From assembly GCA_947626245.1 (NCBI GenBank), contig CANQRK010000001.1, positions 1 to 60,517 on the forward strand: a DNA stretch of 60,517 bases, read 5' to 3'. Under the pieces are notes generated by a model. The model was not told where the DNA came from. It made no database searches and worked only from the letters and a program-made list of their open reading frames with translations. Shown one piece after another: positions 30,022-40,628 of this stretch. Each line of letters opens with the position of its first letter. Positions within the stretch are counted from its first letter, which is position 1. The DNA comes from an uncultured Paenalcaligenes sp. Lineage in GTDB: Bacteria > Pseudomonadota > Gammaproteobacteria > Burkholderiales > Burkholderiaceae_B. Both the position numbers and the translations under genes were made by a program.

Positions 30022-31227
30022 ATGAGTGAATCGGTATTTATTTGTGATGCAGTGCGCACGCCCTTTGGGCGTTATGGTGGTGGTTTAGCCTCTGTGCGTC
30101 CCGATGACTTGGCAGCAGTGGTGATTAAAGCCCTAATGCAGCGTCAACCGCAATTAGATGGAAGTCTAATTGATGATGTGATTTTAGGGTGTGCTAATCA
30201 GGCGGGCGAAGACAATCGCAACGTGGCGCGCATGGCCACCTTGTTGGCTGGCTTACCCATGACGGTGCCAGGGACGACGTTGAATCGTTTATGTGGTTCG
30301 GGTTTGGATGCGATTGGTAGTGCCGCACGAGCGATCAAGTCGGGTGAAACCCAATTGATGCTGGCGGGTGGTGTGGAAAGCATGAGCCGTGCTCCGTTTG
30401 TCATGCCCAAAGCCAATCAAGCCTTTAGCCGTCAAAACAGCATCGAAGACACCACGATTGGTTGGCGTTTTGTGAATCCTGCCATGAAAGCACTGTATGG
30501 GGTTGACTCCATGCCAGAGACGGCAGAAAACTTGGCGGATCAGTTTGCCATTTCGCGCGCAGATCAAGACGCTTTTGCTTTAGCTAGTCAGCAAAAGTAT
30601 GTGGCTGCCTTCGAGGCCGGTTTCTTTAAGCAAGAAATTGTGCCCGTCGAGGTGCCACAGCGCCGTGGTGATCCCGTTATTGTAGATACCGATGAGCATC
30701 CACGACTGAGTCCTTTAGATGTGCTCGCTAAGTTGCGCCCAGTAGTCCGAGCCGATGGCACTATCACGGCAGGCAATGCTAGTGGTGTTAACGACGGGGC
30801 CGGTGCGGTGTTATTAGCCAATCAAAAGTTGGTGGATCGTTTTGATCTCAGCCCTAAAGCGCGCGTGGTGGCTATGGCTACTGCCGGAGTTGCTCCCCGT
30901 ATTATGGGCATTGGTCCTGTTCCGGCAACCCACAAAGTTTTACAGTTAGCCGGATTAGATTTAGCCGATATGGATGTGATCGAGCTGAATGAAGCCTTTG
31001 CGGCTCAGGCTTTAGCTGTGTTACGAGAGCTAGGCCTAGAGGATACTGACCCTCGCGTGAACCCAAGTGGTGGTGCTATTGCTTTGGGGCACCCGCTAGG
31101 AGCCAGCGGTGCGCGCTTGGTAGCAACGGCCATTAATCAGTTGCATCAAACCGGCGGTCGCTATGCGTTGTGTACGATGTGTATTGGTGTAGGCCAAGGT
31201 ATTGCTTTGATTCTTGAGCGAGTTTAG
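30022..31227 (+). CDS. pcaF: 3-oxoadipyl-CoA thiolase
   Basis: [43 protein letters not shown]. Confidence 0.95.
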   Translation: MSESVFICDAVRTPFGRYGGGLASVRPDDLAAVVIKALMQRQPQLDGSLIDDVILGCANQAGEDNRNVARMATLLAGLPMTVPGTTLNRLCGSGLDAIGSAARAIKSGETQLMLAGGVESMSRAPFVMPKANQAFSRQNSIEDTTIGWRFVNPAMKALYGVDSMPETAENLADQFAISRADQDAFALASQQKYVAAFEAGFFKQEIVPVEVPQRRGDPVIVDTDEHPRLSPLDVLAKLRPVVRADGTITAGNASGVNDGAGAVLLANQKLVDRFDLSPKARVVAMATAGVAPRIMGIGPVPATHKVLQLAGLDLADMDVIELNEAFAAQALAVLRELGLEDTDPRVNPSGGAIALGHPLGASGARLVATAINQLHQTGGRYALCTMCIGVGQGIALILERV

Positions 31228-31236
31228 GAGTAAAAA

Positions 31237-32064
31237 ATGACGTCAACCACTACTTTATTAGACACAGCCCAGGGCACATTTAGAGTGGCACTAGCAGGTC
31301 CAGAGCAGGCCCCAGCATTGGTGCTAAGTAACTCCTTAGGGACCACTCTAGATATGTGGGAGCCACAGGTTGCCACGTTGGCTCAGTCTTTCCGAGTGAT
31401 TCGCTACGACACCCGTGGTCATGGCGGTAGTCCTATTACTGCTGGTCCCTACACGTTTGAGCAACTGGGCCAAGACGTGATTGCTATTTTAGACGCCCTG
31501 CAGATTAAACAAGCCGCATTCTGTGGTGTTTCTATGGGTGGCCATACGGGTTTGTGGTTAGGGGTGCATGCTGCTGATCGCTTTAATGCTATTGCGGTGT
31601 GTAATAGTGCTGCCAAAATTGGTACGCAGGCTGCTTGGGCCGACCGCGCCAACGTAATGCGCCAAGGCGGTCAAGCGGCTATGCAGCAACTCGCAAATAG
31701 TGCCCCAGAGCGTTGGTTTAGCCCAGCGTTTATTGAACAGAATCCACAGACAGTCCAGCAGGCGCAGCAGCAGTTAGCGCAACTTAGCCCCGAAGGTTAT
31801 GCCGCGTGTTGTGATGCATTAGGTCAGTCCGATTTACGTAGCGAATTACACCGTATTCACTTGCCTACTTTATTGGTAGCAGGTACGTTGGATCCCGTGA
31901 CGACGGTCGAAGATGCAAAAAATATGCAGGCAGCGATTGTAGAATCCAAAATCGTCGAAGTCGAGGCTTCGCATTTATCTAATATCGAAGCACCTGCGGC
32001 CTTTACAAGCGCGGTGCTGTCGTTCATGACAAGTCAGCAACCCGAAGAGAAGCTGACCCATTAA
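31237..32064 (+). CDS. pcaD: 3-oxoadipate enol-lactonase (PcaD/CatD)
   Basis: LSNSLGT, YDTRGHG, GVSMGG, EGYAACC, ASHLSNIE. Confidence 0.93.
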   Translation: MTSTTTLLDTAQGTFRVALAGPEQAPALVLSNSLGTTLDMWEPQVATLAQSFRVIRYDTRGHGGSPITAGPYTFEQLGQDVIAILDALQIKQAAFCGVSMGGHTGLWLGVHAADRFNAIAVCNSAAKIGTQAAWADRANVMRQGGQAAMQQLANSAPERWFSPAFIEQNPQTVQQAQQQLAQLSPEGYAACCDALGQSDLRSELHRIHLPTLLVAGTLDPVTTVEDAKNMQAAIVESKIVEVEASHLSNIEAPAAFTSAVLSFMTSQQPEEKLTH

Positions 32065-32078
32065 TTTTCATAAGGAGT

Positions 32079-32360
32079 ATGGCAATGTTGTTCTTAGTTC
32101 ATATGGTGGTAGATATTCCTAAAGACCTGCCACAAGACGAGGTACAAGCAGTTTTAGCCAAAGAAAAAGCCTATTCTCAGGACTTACAGCGTTCGGGCAA
32201 ATGGCCCAAGCTATGGCGCGTGGTCGGTGAGTACGCTAATTACAGTGTTTTTGATGTGGAAAGCAACGATGAGCTTCATAGCTTGCTCAGTCAGTTGCCG
32301 CTGTACCCTTACATGACGATCAAGGTGACACCGTTAGCGACACACCCTTCAGCTATCTAA
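32079..32360 (+). CDS. catC: Muconolactone delta-isomerase
   Basis: MLFLVHM, LWRVVGEYANYSVFDV, LPLYPYM..PLATHPS. Confidence 0.95.
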   Translation: MAMLFLVHMVVDIPKDLPQDEVQAVLAKEKAYSQDLQRSGKWPKLWRVVGEYANYSVFDVESNDELHSLLSQLPLYPYMTIKVTPLATHPSAI

Positions 32361-32426
32361 GGGCACGTCACTAATCATTTCCCACTCTACGACTTAGCTA
32401 TCTATAACTAAAAAACGAGGGATAGG

Positions 32427-33620
32427 ATGCGAGACTGGTCTGCCACGGCTTGGATGACAGGATTTCTGGCCGTACTTATTTCATATAGTGGTCCATTATT
32501 AATTTTTATCCAGGCGGCACACGTTGGGGGCATGTCTCCCGAGATGCTAAGTTCGTGGATTTGGGGGATATCCATTGGTGCGGGTCTAAGCGGTATTGTG
32601 CTCAGCCTATGGTTAAAAGCACCGATTATTACTGCTTGGTCTGCACCGGGAGCCGCCTTGCTGTTGAATGTGTTCCCAGCGCTTTCCATGGCCGAGGTCG
32701 TGGGCGCGTATTTAGGCGCGGCTCTTATCACGGTAGTGATTGGCCTAAGTGGCTATTTTGAAAAAATTGTGCAGTACATCCCACGTAGTTTGGCGGCCGC
32801 TATGATGGCGGGTATTTTATTTCAATTTGGAATCAAAGCCTTTGCTGCGAGTACAGATTTACCTGGGGTGGTATTGCTAATGCTTGGCACCTATGTGTTG
32901 TGTAGACGTTTTGTGCCAACGCTAACGGTGGTCGTTGTTGCCTTAGTCGGTTTTGCCAGTGTGTATTGGTTGGATCTGACACAGTTACAGCAGGTCAGTA
33001 TTACGTGGGCCAGTCCTATTTTTATCTGGCCCGATTTCAGTGTGTCTGCTTTTTTTAGTCTCACAGTACCACTCGTGGTAGTCAGCTTAACTGGGCAGTA
33101 TTTACCGGGCTTATTTGTTTTGCGCCTAGATGGCTACGAGGTCCCTTCGCGTGCCATTGTTAGTGGTACTGGTTTGATTTCCCTTGTCGTGGCATTTTTT
33201 GGGGGCATTTCTATTGTGCTAGCCTCCATTACCGCTGCCATTTGTACCGGTAAAGAATCGCATGTTGATCCAAAAAAGCGCTATGTGGCGGGTATTGCTA
33301 ATGGTGTGTTTTATGTGATTGGCGGTGTGTTGGCGGGCACGATTGTGTTGCTGTTCAACGCGATTCCAGCTGCACTGGTTGCCGCTTTGGCTGGCTTGGC
33401 GCTGATCGGTGCCATTATGTCTAATATTAAATTGCTAAGCGCTGATAATGCTTACTTAGAACCAGCGGTAATTACGTTTTTGATTACCGCATCGAATATG
33501 AGTATCTGGGGCATGGGCTCAGCTTTTTGGGGCATTATTTTGGGAATGGTGTCGTATTGGGTATTGGGCTTTAAAAAAACAAAGGGCTCAGGTCCTACAA
33601 GTACGGGAGAGAAACCATGA
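32427..33620 (+). CDS. benE: Benzoate/H+ symporter, BenE family
   Basis: PIITAWSAPGAALL, MMAGIL, ASITAAIC, AVITFLITAS, SAFWG. Confidence 0.92.
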   Translation: MRDWSATAWMTGFLAVLISYSGPLLIFIQAAHVGGMSPEMLSSWIWGISIGAGLSGIVLSLWLKAPIITAWSAPGAALLLNVFPALSMAEVVGAYLGAALITVVIGLSGYFEKIVQYIPRSLAAAMMAGILFQFGIKAFAASTDLPGVVLLMLGTYVLCRRFVPTLTVVVVALVGFASVYWLDLTQLQQVSITWASPIFIWPDFSVSAFFSLTVPLVVVSLTGQYLPGLFVLRLDGYEVPSRAIVSGTGLISLVVAFFGGISIVLASITAAICTGKESHVDPKKRYVAGIANGVFYVIGGVLAGTIVLLFNAIPAALVAALAGLALIGAIMSNIKLLSADNAYLEPAVITFLITASNMSIWGMGSAFWGIILGMVSYWVLGFKKTKGSGPTSTGEKP

Positions 33621-34891
33621 CAAGAACACTATTACAACCTGAGCACCAAGCGGCCGTGTTGCATGTGCTTCCAGACTACGCGCTCAGTGTGCAACGCCTA
33701 GCGGTGTTGGCCCAGAACGAGGCCGCGCCAGTGATCACCGTGATTGGCAAATACAATCATGGCAAGAGCAGTTTATTAAATGAGTTGGTCGGTGAGTCGG
33801 TATTTGCGGTAGCAGATAAACGGGAGACGGTGTGTTTGCAGCGCGTTGAGCAGACTGGAGTGACCTGGTTGGACGCCCCTGGTTTAGATGCCGATGTGCA
33901 CCAAGACGACGACCGCCATGCTGAGCTCGCTTTATGGGTCGAGTCCGACATCCGTTTAGTGGTGCATGCCGTCAAAGAAGGTGAGCTAGATGCCAGTGAA
34001 CTCGCCGTATTAAACGAATTACAACACGATATGTTGAGCACACAGCGTCAAGCAATAGTGGTGCTTAGTCAAACTGATCAGCTAGAAGACGACCAGACTC
34101 TAGAGCAGATACAAGCCAGTATTCAGCAGCAGTTACCTGCAGTACAAACCTATCCAGTGTCTGTGGTGCGCTATAGAAAAGGCGTGGATTCCTGTATTCC
34201 CTTGTTTGTGGAAAAGAGTGGATTTCCTGACTTACAAGCGCAGTTAAAGCAAGCCATTCAGCACGTGCCAGCCGCCAGAGCTCATGAGCAAGCACAGCGT
34301 ATCAAGCAGTTGCAAACGGCGCTACAGACTAAAAAAGAGCAAGTGTACGCCCAGCAGGTTGCCCTGCAACAGCAAGCCCAGCAAGCGCAACAGGGTTTTA
34401 GCCATGATTTACAACGTGCACTTGAACAGATTGCTGTTGACCTGCACGAGGTGATGCAAGAGCCTGAGCGCGATCATGCGTTGGACCCTGACACCATTCA
34501 CGATGTGTTTACGATGACAGCAGGCAAACGCGAACGCTCCCAATTGCAAATTGCCTATTCGCGTGCGTGTATTTTAATTCGTAGTGTATTGACGCAATAT
34601 GGCGTGGTGCATTTACCCAAAGCACAGCAGGTGGCGTCAGCGAGCTTAAGCACGGTGATGGTGGCGGTGATGGGTATTTCTGTTAAATACCGAGCCGATT
34701 TACGCCGCTTGTTTGGTGAGACAGCTGGGCGTGAGCGATTACATCGCGACTTTAGTGCCTATTTTGAGCGTTCCGAAGCACGATTAGCCTTGTTAGAGCG
34801 TATCACCCAGTTGCAAGCTGATTTAGTACAAATACAGACTGCTCTAGAGGTAGTCCAAACTTGGGAGTGTACGCATGAGTACAGCCTATAG
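33617..34891 (+). CDS. Dynamin-like/TRAFAC GTPase with helical C-terminus (gene 1 of pair)
   Basis: G1 GKYNHGKS, G2 RET, G3 DAPG, G4 variant SQTD; Gln-rich coiled-coil tail. Confidence 0.75.
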   Translation: MTRTLLQPEHQAAVLHVLPDYALSVQRLAVLAQNEAAPVITVIGKYNHGKSSLLNELVGESVFAVADKRETVCLQRVEQTGVTWLDAPGLDADVHQDDDRHAELALWVESDIRLVVHAVKEGELDASELAVLNELQHDMLSTQRQAIVVLSQTDQLEDDQTLEQIQASIQQQLPAVQTYPVSVVRYRKGVDSCIPLFVEKSGFPDLQAQLKQAIQHVPAARAHEQAQRIKQLQTALQTKKEQVYAQQVALQQQAQQAQQGFSHDLQRALEQIAVDLHEVMQEPERDHALDPDTIHDVFTMTAGKRERSQLQIAYSRACILIRSVLTQYGVVHLPKAQQVASASLSTVMVAVMGISVKYRADLRRLFGETAGRERLHRDFSAYFERSEARLALLERITQLQADLVQIQTALEVVQTWECTHEYSL

Positions 34892-36374
34892 CCAAGAAGT
34901 TGCTTTTATGAAGCAGGTAGCGACATTACGTTGCTCCGTCCAAGATCTGCAGGACGAGCAACAGCAGCAAAGTCTCTGGCTAGAGCGCATAGAGCAGGTG
35001 CTAGCAGCCGTTCAAATCCCAGCAGATGGTCTGACGCAACGTCATCCCCAGCAGCATGCTTTGCAGCAGCTGAAATCGATAGCCCAACAAAACATCCAGC
35101 AATGGCAACAGGCTAAACAAGACCTCGAACCTGTCTTAGCCTTGACGCGTTGGTTTGAGGACAAGGCTATTTTGTTAGTCTTTGGGAAATTTAATGCGGG
35201 GAAAAGCTCGTTTTGTAATTTTGTGGCGCAACGCTTTGCCTTTCACCAGTATAGCGTGCGTCATTTTACTCTAGAGCAGGGCGCTTTACGCTTTCATGAG
35301 GGGCCTTTTCAAGAGGGCAGCACAGAAACCACGGCGCATATTCAGGGGGTGATCTTAGCTGATAAACTAGTTCTTATTGATACGCCCGGTTTGCATTCGG
35401 TGACGGCGGATAACGCGGATTTAACGCAGCAGTTTATTGAAAGCGCCGATGGTGTATTGTGGTTGACCAGTTCGACCTCGCCAGGGCAAACCCAAGAGCT
35501 CGCCGAGCTGTCCCAAGAGCTAGGTCGAGGCAAGCCGTTATTGCCTATTATTACGCGTAGCGACTACCTAGATGAAAGGGTGGTCGACAATGCGATCTTA
35601 AAGGTTCTGTGTAATAAAAGTGCAGAAAACCGTTATTTGCAAGAAACGGATGTATGGCAACGTGCCCAAGACAGCTTAAGGCAAAACGAGCTATTTGACG
35701 ATTTGGTGCAAACACCGTTATCTATTTCTGTGTATTATGCGCGTCAGCATGAGCAGGCAGAACGTGATCTGCAGCAAGCGGGTTTGTATCGATTGTATGA
35801 CGGTTTGTTGGCCTTAATAGAGCCCATCATGGCGTATCAGTCTCGTAAAACGGTAACCATTGAGCAGCATTATTTACAAGAGCAGGTTAAACCGGCTGTG
35901 GCCTTGTTTATGCAGCGTCTAGATGACTTGCAGGCTCAGCTGCAGCAAGAGCAGCAAGCCATACCAGAGTTGACCCACGAGATGGTTACCGCTTTATGGC
36001 AGCAAACCATGGCCATTATGCCCAGTTTGCTTGATCGCTATACCGATCGGGCCCATGGGGCAGAGTTATTGTGCCAAGGGGTGCAGCAGGTACTTGCCGA
36101 TCAATTGCTGAGTTACTTAGAAACTCATCTATTTATGTATTGCTTAGATCTAGAAGAGGTGTTTGAGCCGCCTCATTTCGTGTGGCCCACCTTAAATCTA
36201 CAGGCTGAGTATTACGAGCAAAGCTATTTAACGCTAGAAAAAGGGGTGCTAGAGCAGCTCGAGGCCTATGCACGTGTAGTTAGCCTACAGGTACAAAGCA
36301 ATTTGGATCAGCCTTTGCTTGCTTTGCGACAGCTACAGGCTAGCTTAGATACGCAGATGGTGTGCTTAGCCTAA
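34875..36374 (+). CDS. Dynamin-like GTPase (gene 2 of pair)
   Basis: N-terminal helical region, G1 GKFNAGKS, G2 ETT, G3 DTPG, G4 variant TRSD, helical C-terminus; overlaps gene 1 by 17 bp. Confidence 0.78.
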   Translation: MSTAYSQEVAFMKQVATLRCSVQDLQDEQQQQSLWLERIEQVLAAVQIPADGLTQRHPQQHALQQLKSIAQQNIQQWQQAKQDLEPVLALTRWFEDKAILLVFGKFNAGKSSFCNFVAQRFAFHQYSVRHFTLEQGALRFHEGPFQEGSTETTAHIQGVILADKLVLIDTPGLHSVTADNADLTQQFIESADGVLWLTSSTSPGQTQELAELSQELGRGKPLLPIITRSDYLDERVVDNAILKVLCNKSAENRYLQETDVWQRAQDSLRQNELFDDLVQTPLSISVYYARQHEQAERDLQQAGLYRLYDGLLALIEPIMAYQSRKTVTIEQHYLQEQVKPAVALFMQRLDDLQAQLQQEQQAIPELTHEMVTALWQQTMAIMPSLLDRYTDRAHGAELLCQGVQQVLADQLLSYLETHLFMYCLDLEEVFEPPHFVWPTLNLQAEYYEQSYLTLEKGVLEQLEAYARVVSLQVQSNLDQPLLALRQLQASLDTQMVCLA

Positions 36375-36381
36375 GTAACAT

Positions 36382-36411
36382 AAAAAAGAGCACCTAAAAT
36401 AAGGTGCTCTT
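36382..36411. terminator. Terminator between convergent genes
   Basis: AAAAAAGAGCACCT...AGGTGCTCTT. Confidence 0.8.
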
Positions 36412-36433
36412 ATGTCTTGTCGAGTCCTGCTAA

Positions 36434-36775
36434 TTACAGGTACATGGCTTTACGTTCATTCAGTGCCAGTAGACCGCGAATCATACGATACAGCATCCAA
36501 ATACCATTTAGGATTAGGACAATAGCGCCCACACCAACGGCTAGAGTCACGACACCAATGGCTGCCCACAACACACCAAACCAAAAAGTACGAATTTGCC
36601 AACGGAAGTGGGAAGCTAAATAGGTATTAGCGACCTCGTCTTTTTTGAGGTAATTAATAATAATAGCGGCAATTGCGGTAATACCTACAAAAAAAGAAGC
36701 TAAGTACAGCACATAGATAATAAGCGTTAGTCGTTGGGAACTGGAATTAACGACTTGAACGTCATGGCTGGTCAT
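36434..36775 (-). CDS. Small membrane protein (DUF4870-like)
   Basis: IIYVLY..IIINYLK, SHFRWQIRTFW, WMLYRMIRGL; GGAG RBS before ATG 36775. Confidence 0.82.
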   Translation of the reverse strand: MTSHDVQVVNSSSQRLTLIIYVLYLASFFVGITAIAAIIINYLKKDEVANTYLASHFRWQIRTFWFGVLWAAIGVVTLAVGVGAIVLILNGIWMLYRMIRGLLALNERKAMYL

Positions 36776-36899
36776 TGATGTGACTCCGTAGATAAATGAA
36801 GAGGGTTTAATCATAGCAAAAAAACAGAGTGGGCTGTTTTAAGTTGTAGTAAGCTGCAACCATTAGCGTCAATATTCTCTAGATGAGGGGTGAAGTGGT

Positions 36900-38036
36900 A
36901 TGTCAATGGATACAAAGCTTCAACAGGTTCGGCTCTTTTGTGAAAATACGCAGCCTTATCAGGCGTCAGACGATAGGCTATTTATCGAGGCCATGCGTGA
37001 GCTAACTCAATGGCACCAAACTCATTGTGCTTGGTATGCTAGCTATTTAGAGCAAGCTGATATACGACCGGATCAATTACAAACCATAGATGATCTTGTG
37101 CATTTACCCCCTGTGCACGCTAATTTTTTTAAATACCACGAAATCAAATCCATTCCCGATGATGAAGTCGTGCTGCACCTGACGTCGTCCGGTACGACTG
37201 GGCAAAAATCACAAGTCTTTTTCGATGAGTTTACTATTACTCAAGCTCGACGCATGGTGCAAAACACACTTGAGGCCCGAGGTTATTTAAGTAACGAGCC
37301 GTGTAATTACTTGGTCAACGCGTTTGAGCCATATTCCGGTTTTAAAGTCGGCACCTCTAACACCAATCAATACTTAATGCGTTTTGCGCCGGCTGCTGAA
37401 GTGTTCTGGAGCTTACGTTTAGTGGCTGATCAACAGCACGAATACGATGCGTTTGGAACGGTGGCCGCCTTAGAGCGTTTTGCACAAAGCGCTGAGCCCA
37501 CTCGAATTATTGGCTTTCCGGCTTTTTTACATTTCACCCTAGAACGCATGGCGGCTTTGGGTAAGTCCCCTTTGCGCTTACCTGAAAATAGTTGGGTTGT
37601 GTTTGGGGGCGGCTGGAAAGGTCACGCTAACCAAGCCATTGATCGCGACGAGTTCGTAGAAAATATTCATTACTGGTTAGGCATTCCCAAAAGCCACATT
37701 ATTGAAACCTTTGGTTCGGTGGAACACTCTATTCCCTATGTAGGTTGTGCCGAGCAGCATCTGCATATACCGGTGTGGTCTAAGGTGGTGGTTCGAGATG
37801 TGGCTACATTAGCGCCTGTGCCCGATGGCGAAACGGGCTTTCTGTCTTTTTTATCCCCTTATATTACCTCTGTACCAGCTCATAGCGTGGTCATGGGGGA
37901 TTTGGCGCGTTTACATCCTGCTGGCAGCTGCTCTTGTGGTAATCCAACGGCGTGGTTTGAGGTCATTGGTCGAGCCGGTACCTCTAGCAATAAAAGTTGT
38001 GCGGCGGCGGCCGCTGAAGTTTTGTCTAACCGATAA
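36900..38036 (+). CDS. luxE: LuxE-family acyl-protein synthetase
   Basis: FFK, TSSGTTGQKS P-loop, GGGWKG, MGDL, C-terminal GRAGTSSNKSCA with the acyl-accepting Cys (TGT 37998). Confidence 0.85.
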   Translation: MSMDTKLQQVRLFCENTQPYQASDDRLFIEAMRELTQWHQTHCAWYASYLEQADIRPDQLQTIDDLVHLPPVHANFFKYHEIKSIPDDEVVLHLTSSGTTGQKSQVFFDEFTITQARRMVQNTLEARGYLSNEPCNYLVNAFEPYSGFKVGTSNTNQYLMRFAPAAEVFWSLRLVADQQHEYDAFGTVAALERFAQSAEPTRIIGFPAFLHFTLERMAALGKSPLRLPENSWVVFGGGWKGHANQAIDRDEFVENIHYWLGIPKSHIIETFGSVEHSIPYVGCAEQHLHIPVWSKVVVRDVATLAPVPDGETGFLSFLSPYITSVPAHSVVMGDLARLHPAGSCSCGNPTAWFEVIGRAGTSSNKSCAAAAAEVLSNR

Positions 38037-38066
38037 TCACGATCACACTATCCGAGGGGGGAATAC

Positions 38067-40628
38067 ATGAACGCGCAGACAACAACCGAGTCCGAAGCGG
38101 TGCATTATTGGTTTGGACGCTGGGTGACAGATACCCAGCTAAGTGAGGCGATAGACACAGAGCTTGCAACGCAGATCAGTCAGACCTTGGCTCAGTCATT
38201 TCCATTCGAAGCGCTGATGGTGGCATGTCAGTCTTTAAGCCATGACTTAAAAACGCGGAGTGCGAGCTATACGTTATTACAGCACTACATGCAAAATTGG
38301 CTCGCTGCTGATGAGCTAGAAGGGGTGCTGACACAGCTGAGCCAAATTCTAGAGCCCAATTATCTACAGACCAAATTACGCAAAGAGCTAGGCACCACCG
38401 CTCCCAATATTCTTGAGCGCAGTTACCCCGAGTCCTACTATGAAATGTGGGCGCCTATGGGGTGCTTGGTCCATGTCATGCCGTCTAATGTGTTTGTGGT
38501 GGCTGCTTTGGGTTTGCTCGAGGGGCTGCTAGCTAATAATGTGAATGTGGTGAAGCTCAGTGCTCGTGATACCTCGTTTGCGGCCTTATTTGCCCAAGAG
38601 CTAGTTCGGCACGATAGCAGTCAGCGCTTACAGCAGTATGTGGCAGTATTACGTCTGTCTTCTCAACAAGACACAGTACTAAAACGTCTATTTAAACAAG
38701 CAGATGCGGTGTCGGCATGGGGCGGGGAAACCGCTATTGCTGCGATACGGGCTCAGGTGCCTGCACATGTACGTGTTATTACGTGGGGGCACAAGGTGTC
38801 CTTTGGTTATATCAGCCAGAGCTATCACGACGATGAGGCGACATTATTGGCTTTTGCTTTGGATGTGTGTCGTTTAGATCAACAAGCGTGTTCTAGTCCT
38901 CAAACGTTATTTGTAGAAACGGAATCCCCTGAACAATTAGTTGCTTTAGGGCAGCGGTTGGCCCGGGCTTTGGCACAGGTGTCGCCCACTGTACCGGCAG
39001 ATTCGCCAGATAGGGCGGCTCAGGCTGAAATAACTACCGTATTAAGTGTGGCCAAAGCCGAGCAAGCCATGGGGCTCTGTCACGTGATCGAATCACCTAG
39101 TCATGATTGGCGCGTGATCATTGATTTTCGTACCAGTTTAAAACCATCGCCGCTGTATAGGACCATTTGGTTAGTGCCTATGCAGCGCCATGACCTAACT
39201 GCTGTACTAAGACCCATGCGTGCATGGCTGCAAACCTGCGGTTTGGCGGCGGGCTATCCCGAGGCCGCAGAGTTAAGCCGACTGTTATTGGCAGCTGGTG
39301 TAACGCGTATTACTCGACCCGGACAAATGGTAGACAGCTATAACGGTGCACCCCACGATGGTGTGTATGCGTTACAGCAGTTTATGCGACGTATTTCGGT
39401 GGAATTAGATCCTAGCTTTGCTCAAGTAGGATCCCTAGCACAACTGCGTGTCCAACAGCCCACTCTTACGGCCCAACAGACCCAAGCTAGCATCATGAGC
39501 AAATACGACTTTCAGCAATTAGCGAACCAAGACGATCCCGAGGCGGGACTCATTGTACGTAGTGGTGGTTCTAGTGGCATGGTGGCGTACTCGTCGTTTC
39601 GTTGGCCAGATTATGCACGGCAGATGCAAGCCACTGGTCATGGATTGGTGGCAGCAGGCTTAGATCCCAAAAAAGACGTGGTCATGAATCTATTTGCTGC
39701 GGGTTATATGTACGGCAGCTTTATTAGTTTTTGGACTATTTTAGAGCAGATGCAAGTGCGGCAATTGCCGATGACGATGGTGTCTGACTACGAGTTAATT
39801 GCTAATGAAATTATTCGCCATAAAGTGACTACCTTAGTAGGTATGACACCCCATTTATTGGGTTTGTTTACGCATCAGGGCGCACGCCTACACGCCTATG
39901 GCGGCTTAGAAAAAATATTTTATGGTGGTGAAGGTTTATCTGCTGCCCAGTACGATTTTTTACATAAAGAGCAGGGCATTGCACTGGTGAAATCGGCGGC
40001 CTATGGGTCAAATGACGCCGGGCCGATGGGATATCAGTGTGAGCACAGTCAGGGTGGTGTGCATCATCTTATGTCCAGTTTGCAGCATTTAGAAATTGTA
40101 AAACTAGATAAGGACGAGCCCGTCGAGGGGACACAGGTCGGACGTTTGTTATTTACCTCTAAGGCACGTAGCTTTCCCACGGTGACACGTTATGAAATTG
40201 GTGACTTAGGCCGCTGGGTGACTACCCCGTGCGCTTGTGGGCGTACCGATCAGCGGTTTGAGCTAATGGGGCGTTTAGGGGATGTATTTAAAGCGGGTTC
40301 GCCATTGTTAAATTACCAGACTTTTGCACGCTTGCTAAGCGAGGGGTTTCAATACGCAGGCAGACTGCAAATCCATTTAGATAGCGAGGGCGCCTATACG
40401 GTATTGCGTTTATGGGTAGATCATAGTTTACAGGCCAAACCAGAGGAAGTCTTAGACTATTTGTTTGAGCAGTACCTTGATTTACAAGCCATTCAAACGC
40501 TGAATCTAGCGGTACGGGTGTTGCTAGAGCCTCGAACCGAGGAGGAGTTTGTACGTGTGCAGGCCAGTGGGAAAATTCCTCACGTCTGCGACCATCGCGT
40601 CAATCGCGCTTCGGAGGAAATGCTATGA
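38067..40628 (+). CDS. luxC: Fusion: LuxC-family acyl-CoA/acyl-protein reductase (about 38067-39400) + PaaK-like adenylation domain (about 39490-40628)
   Basis: HVMPSN, VKLS, AWGGE, WGHKVSF, catalytic DQQACSSPQ, PHDG; then RSGGSSG, FYGGE, YGSND, RYEIGD, GR, GKI ANL motifs. Confidence 0.85.
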   Translation: MNAQTTTESEAVHYWFGRWVTDTQLSEAIDTELATQISQTLAQSFPFEALMVACQSLSHDLKTRSASYTLLQHYMQNWLAADELEGVLTQLSQILEPNYLQTKLRKELGTTAPNILERSYPESYYEMWAPMGCLVHVMPSNVFVVAALGLLEGLLANNVNVVKLSARDTSFAALFAQELVRHDSSQRLQQYVAVLRLSSQQDTVLKRLFKQADAVSAWGGETAIAAIRAQVPAHVRVITWGHKVSFGYISQSYHDDEATLLAFALDVCRLDQQACSSPQTLFVETESPEQLVALGQRLARALAQVSPTVPADSPDRAAQAEITTVLSVAKAEQAMGLCHVIESPSHDWRVIIDFRTSLKPSPLYRTIWLVPMQRHDLTAVLRPMRAWLQTCGLAAGYPEAAELSRLLLAAGVTRITRPGQMVDSYNGAPHDGVYALQQFMRRISVELDPSFAQVGSLAQLRVQQPTLTAQQTQASIMSKYDFQQLANQDDPEAGLIVRSGGSSGMVAYSSFRWPDYARQMQATGHGLVAAGLDPKKDVVMNLFAAGYMYGSFISFWTILEQMQVRQLPMTMVSDYELIANEIIRHKVTTLVGMTPHLLGLFTHQGARLHAYGGLEKIFYGGEGLSAAQYDFLHKEQGIALVKSAAYGSNDAGPMGYQCEHSQGGVHHLMSSLQHLEIVKLDKDEPVEGTQVGRLLFTSKARSFPTVTRYEIGDLGRWVTTPCACGRTDQRFELMGRLGDVFKAGSPLLNYQTFARLLSEGFQYAGRLQIHLDSEGAYTVLRLWVDHSLQAKPEEVLDYLFEQYLDLQAIQTLNLAVRVLLEPRTEEEFVRVQASGKIPHVCDHRVNRASEEML

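Noticed and set aside
36900-40628. Bioluminescence (lux) operon
   Set aside because: No luxA, luxB, luxD or luxG in the window; gene order and the adenylation-domain fusion differ from luxCDABE.
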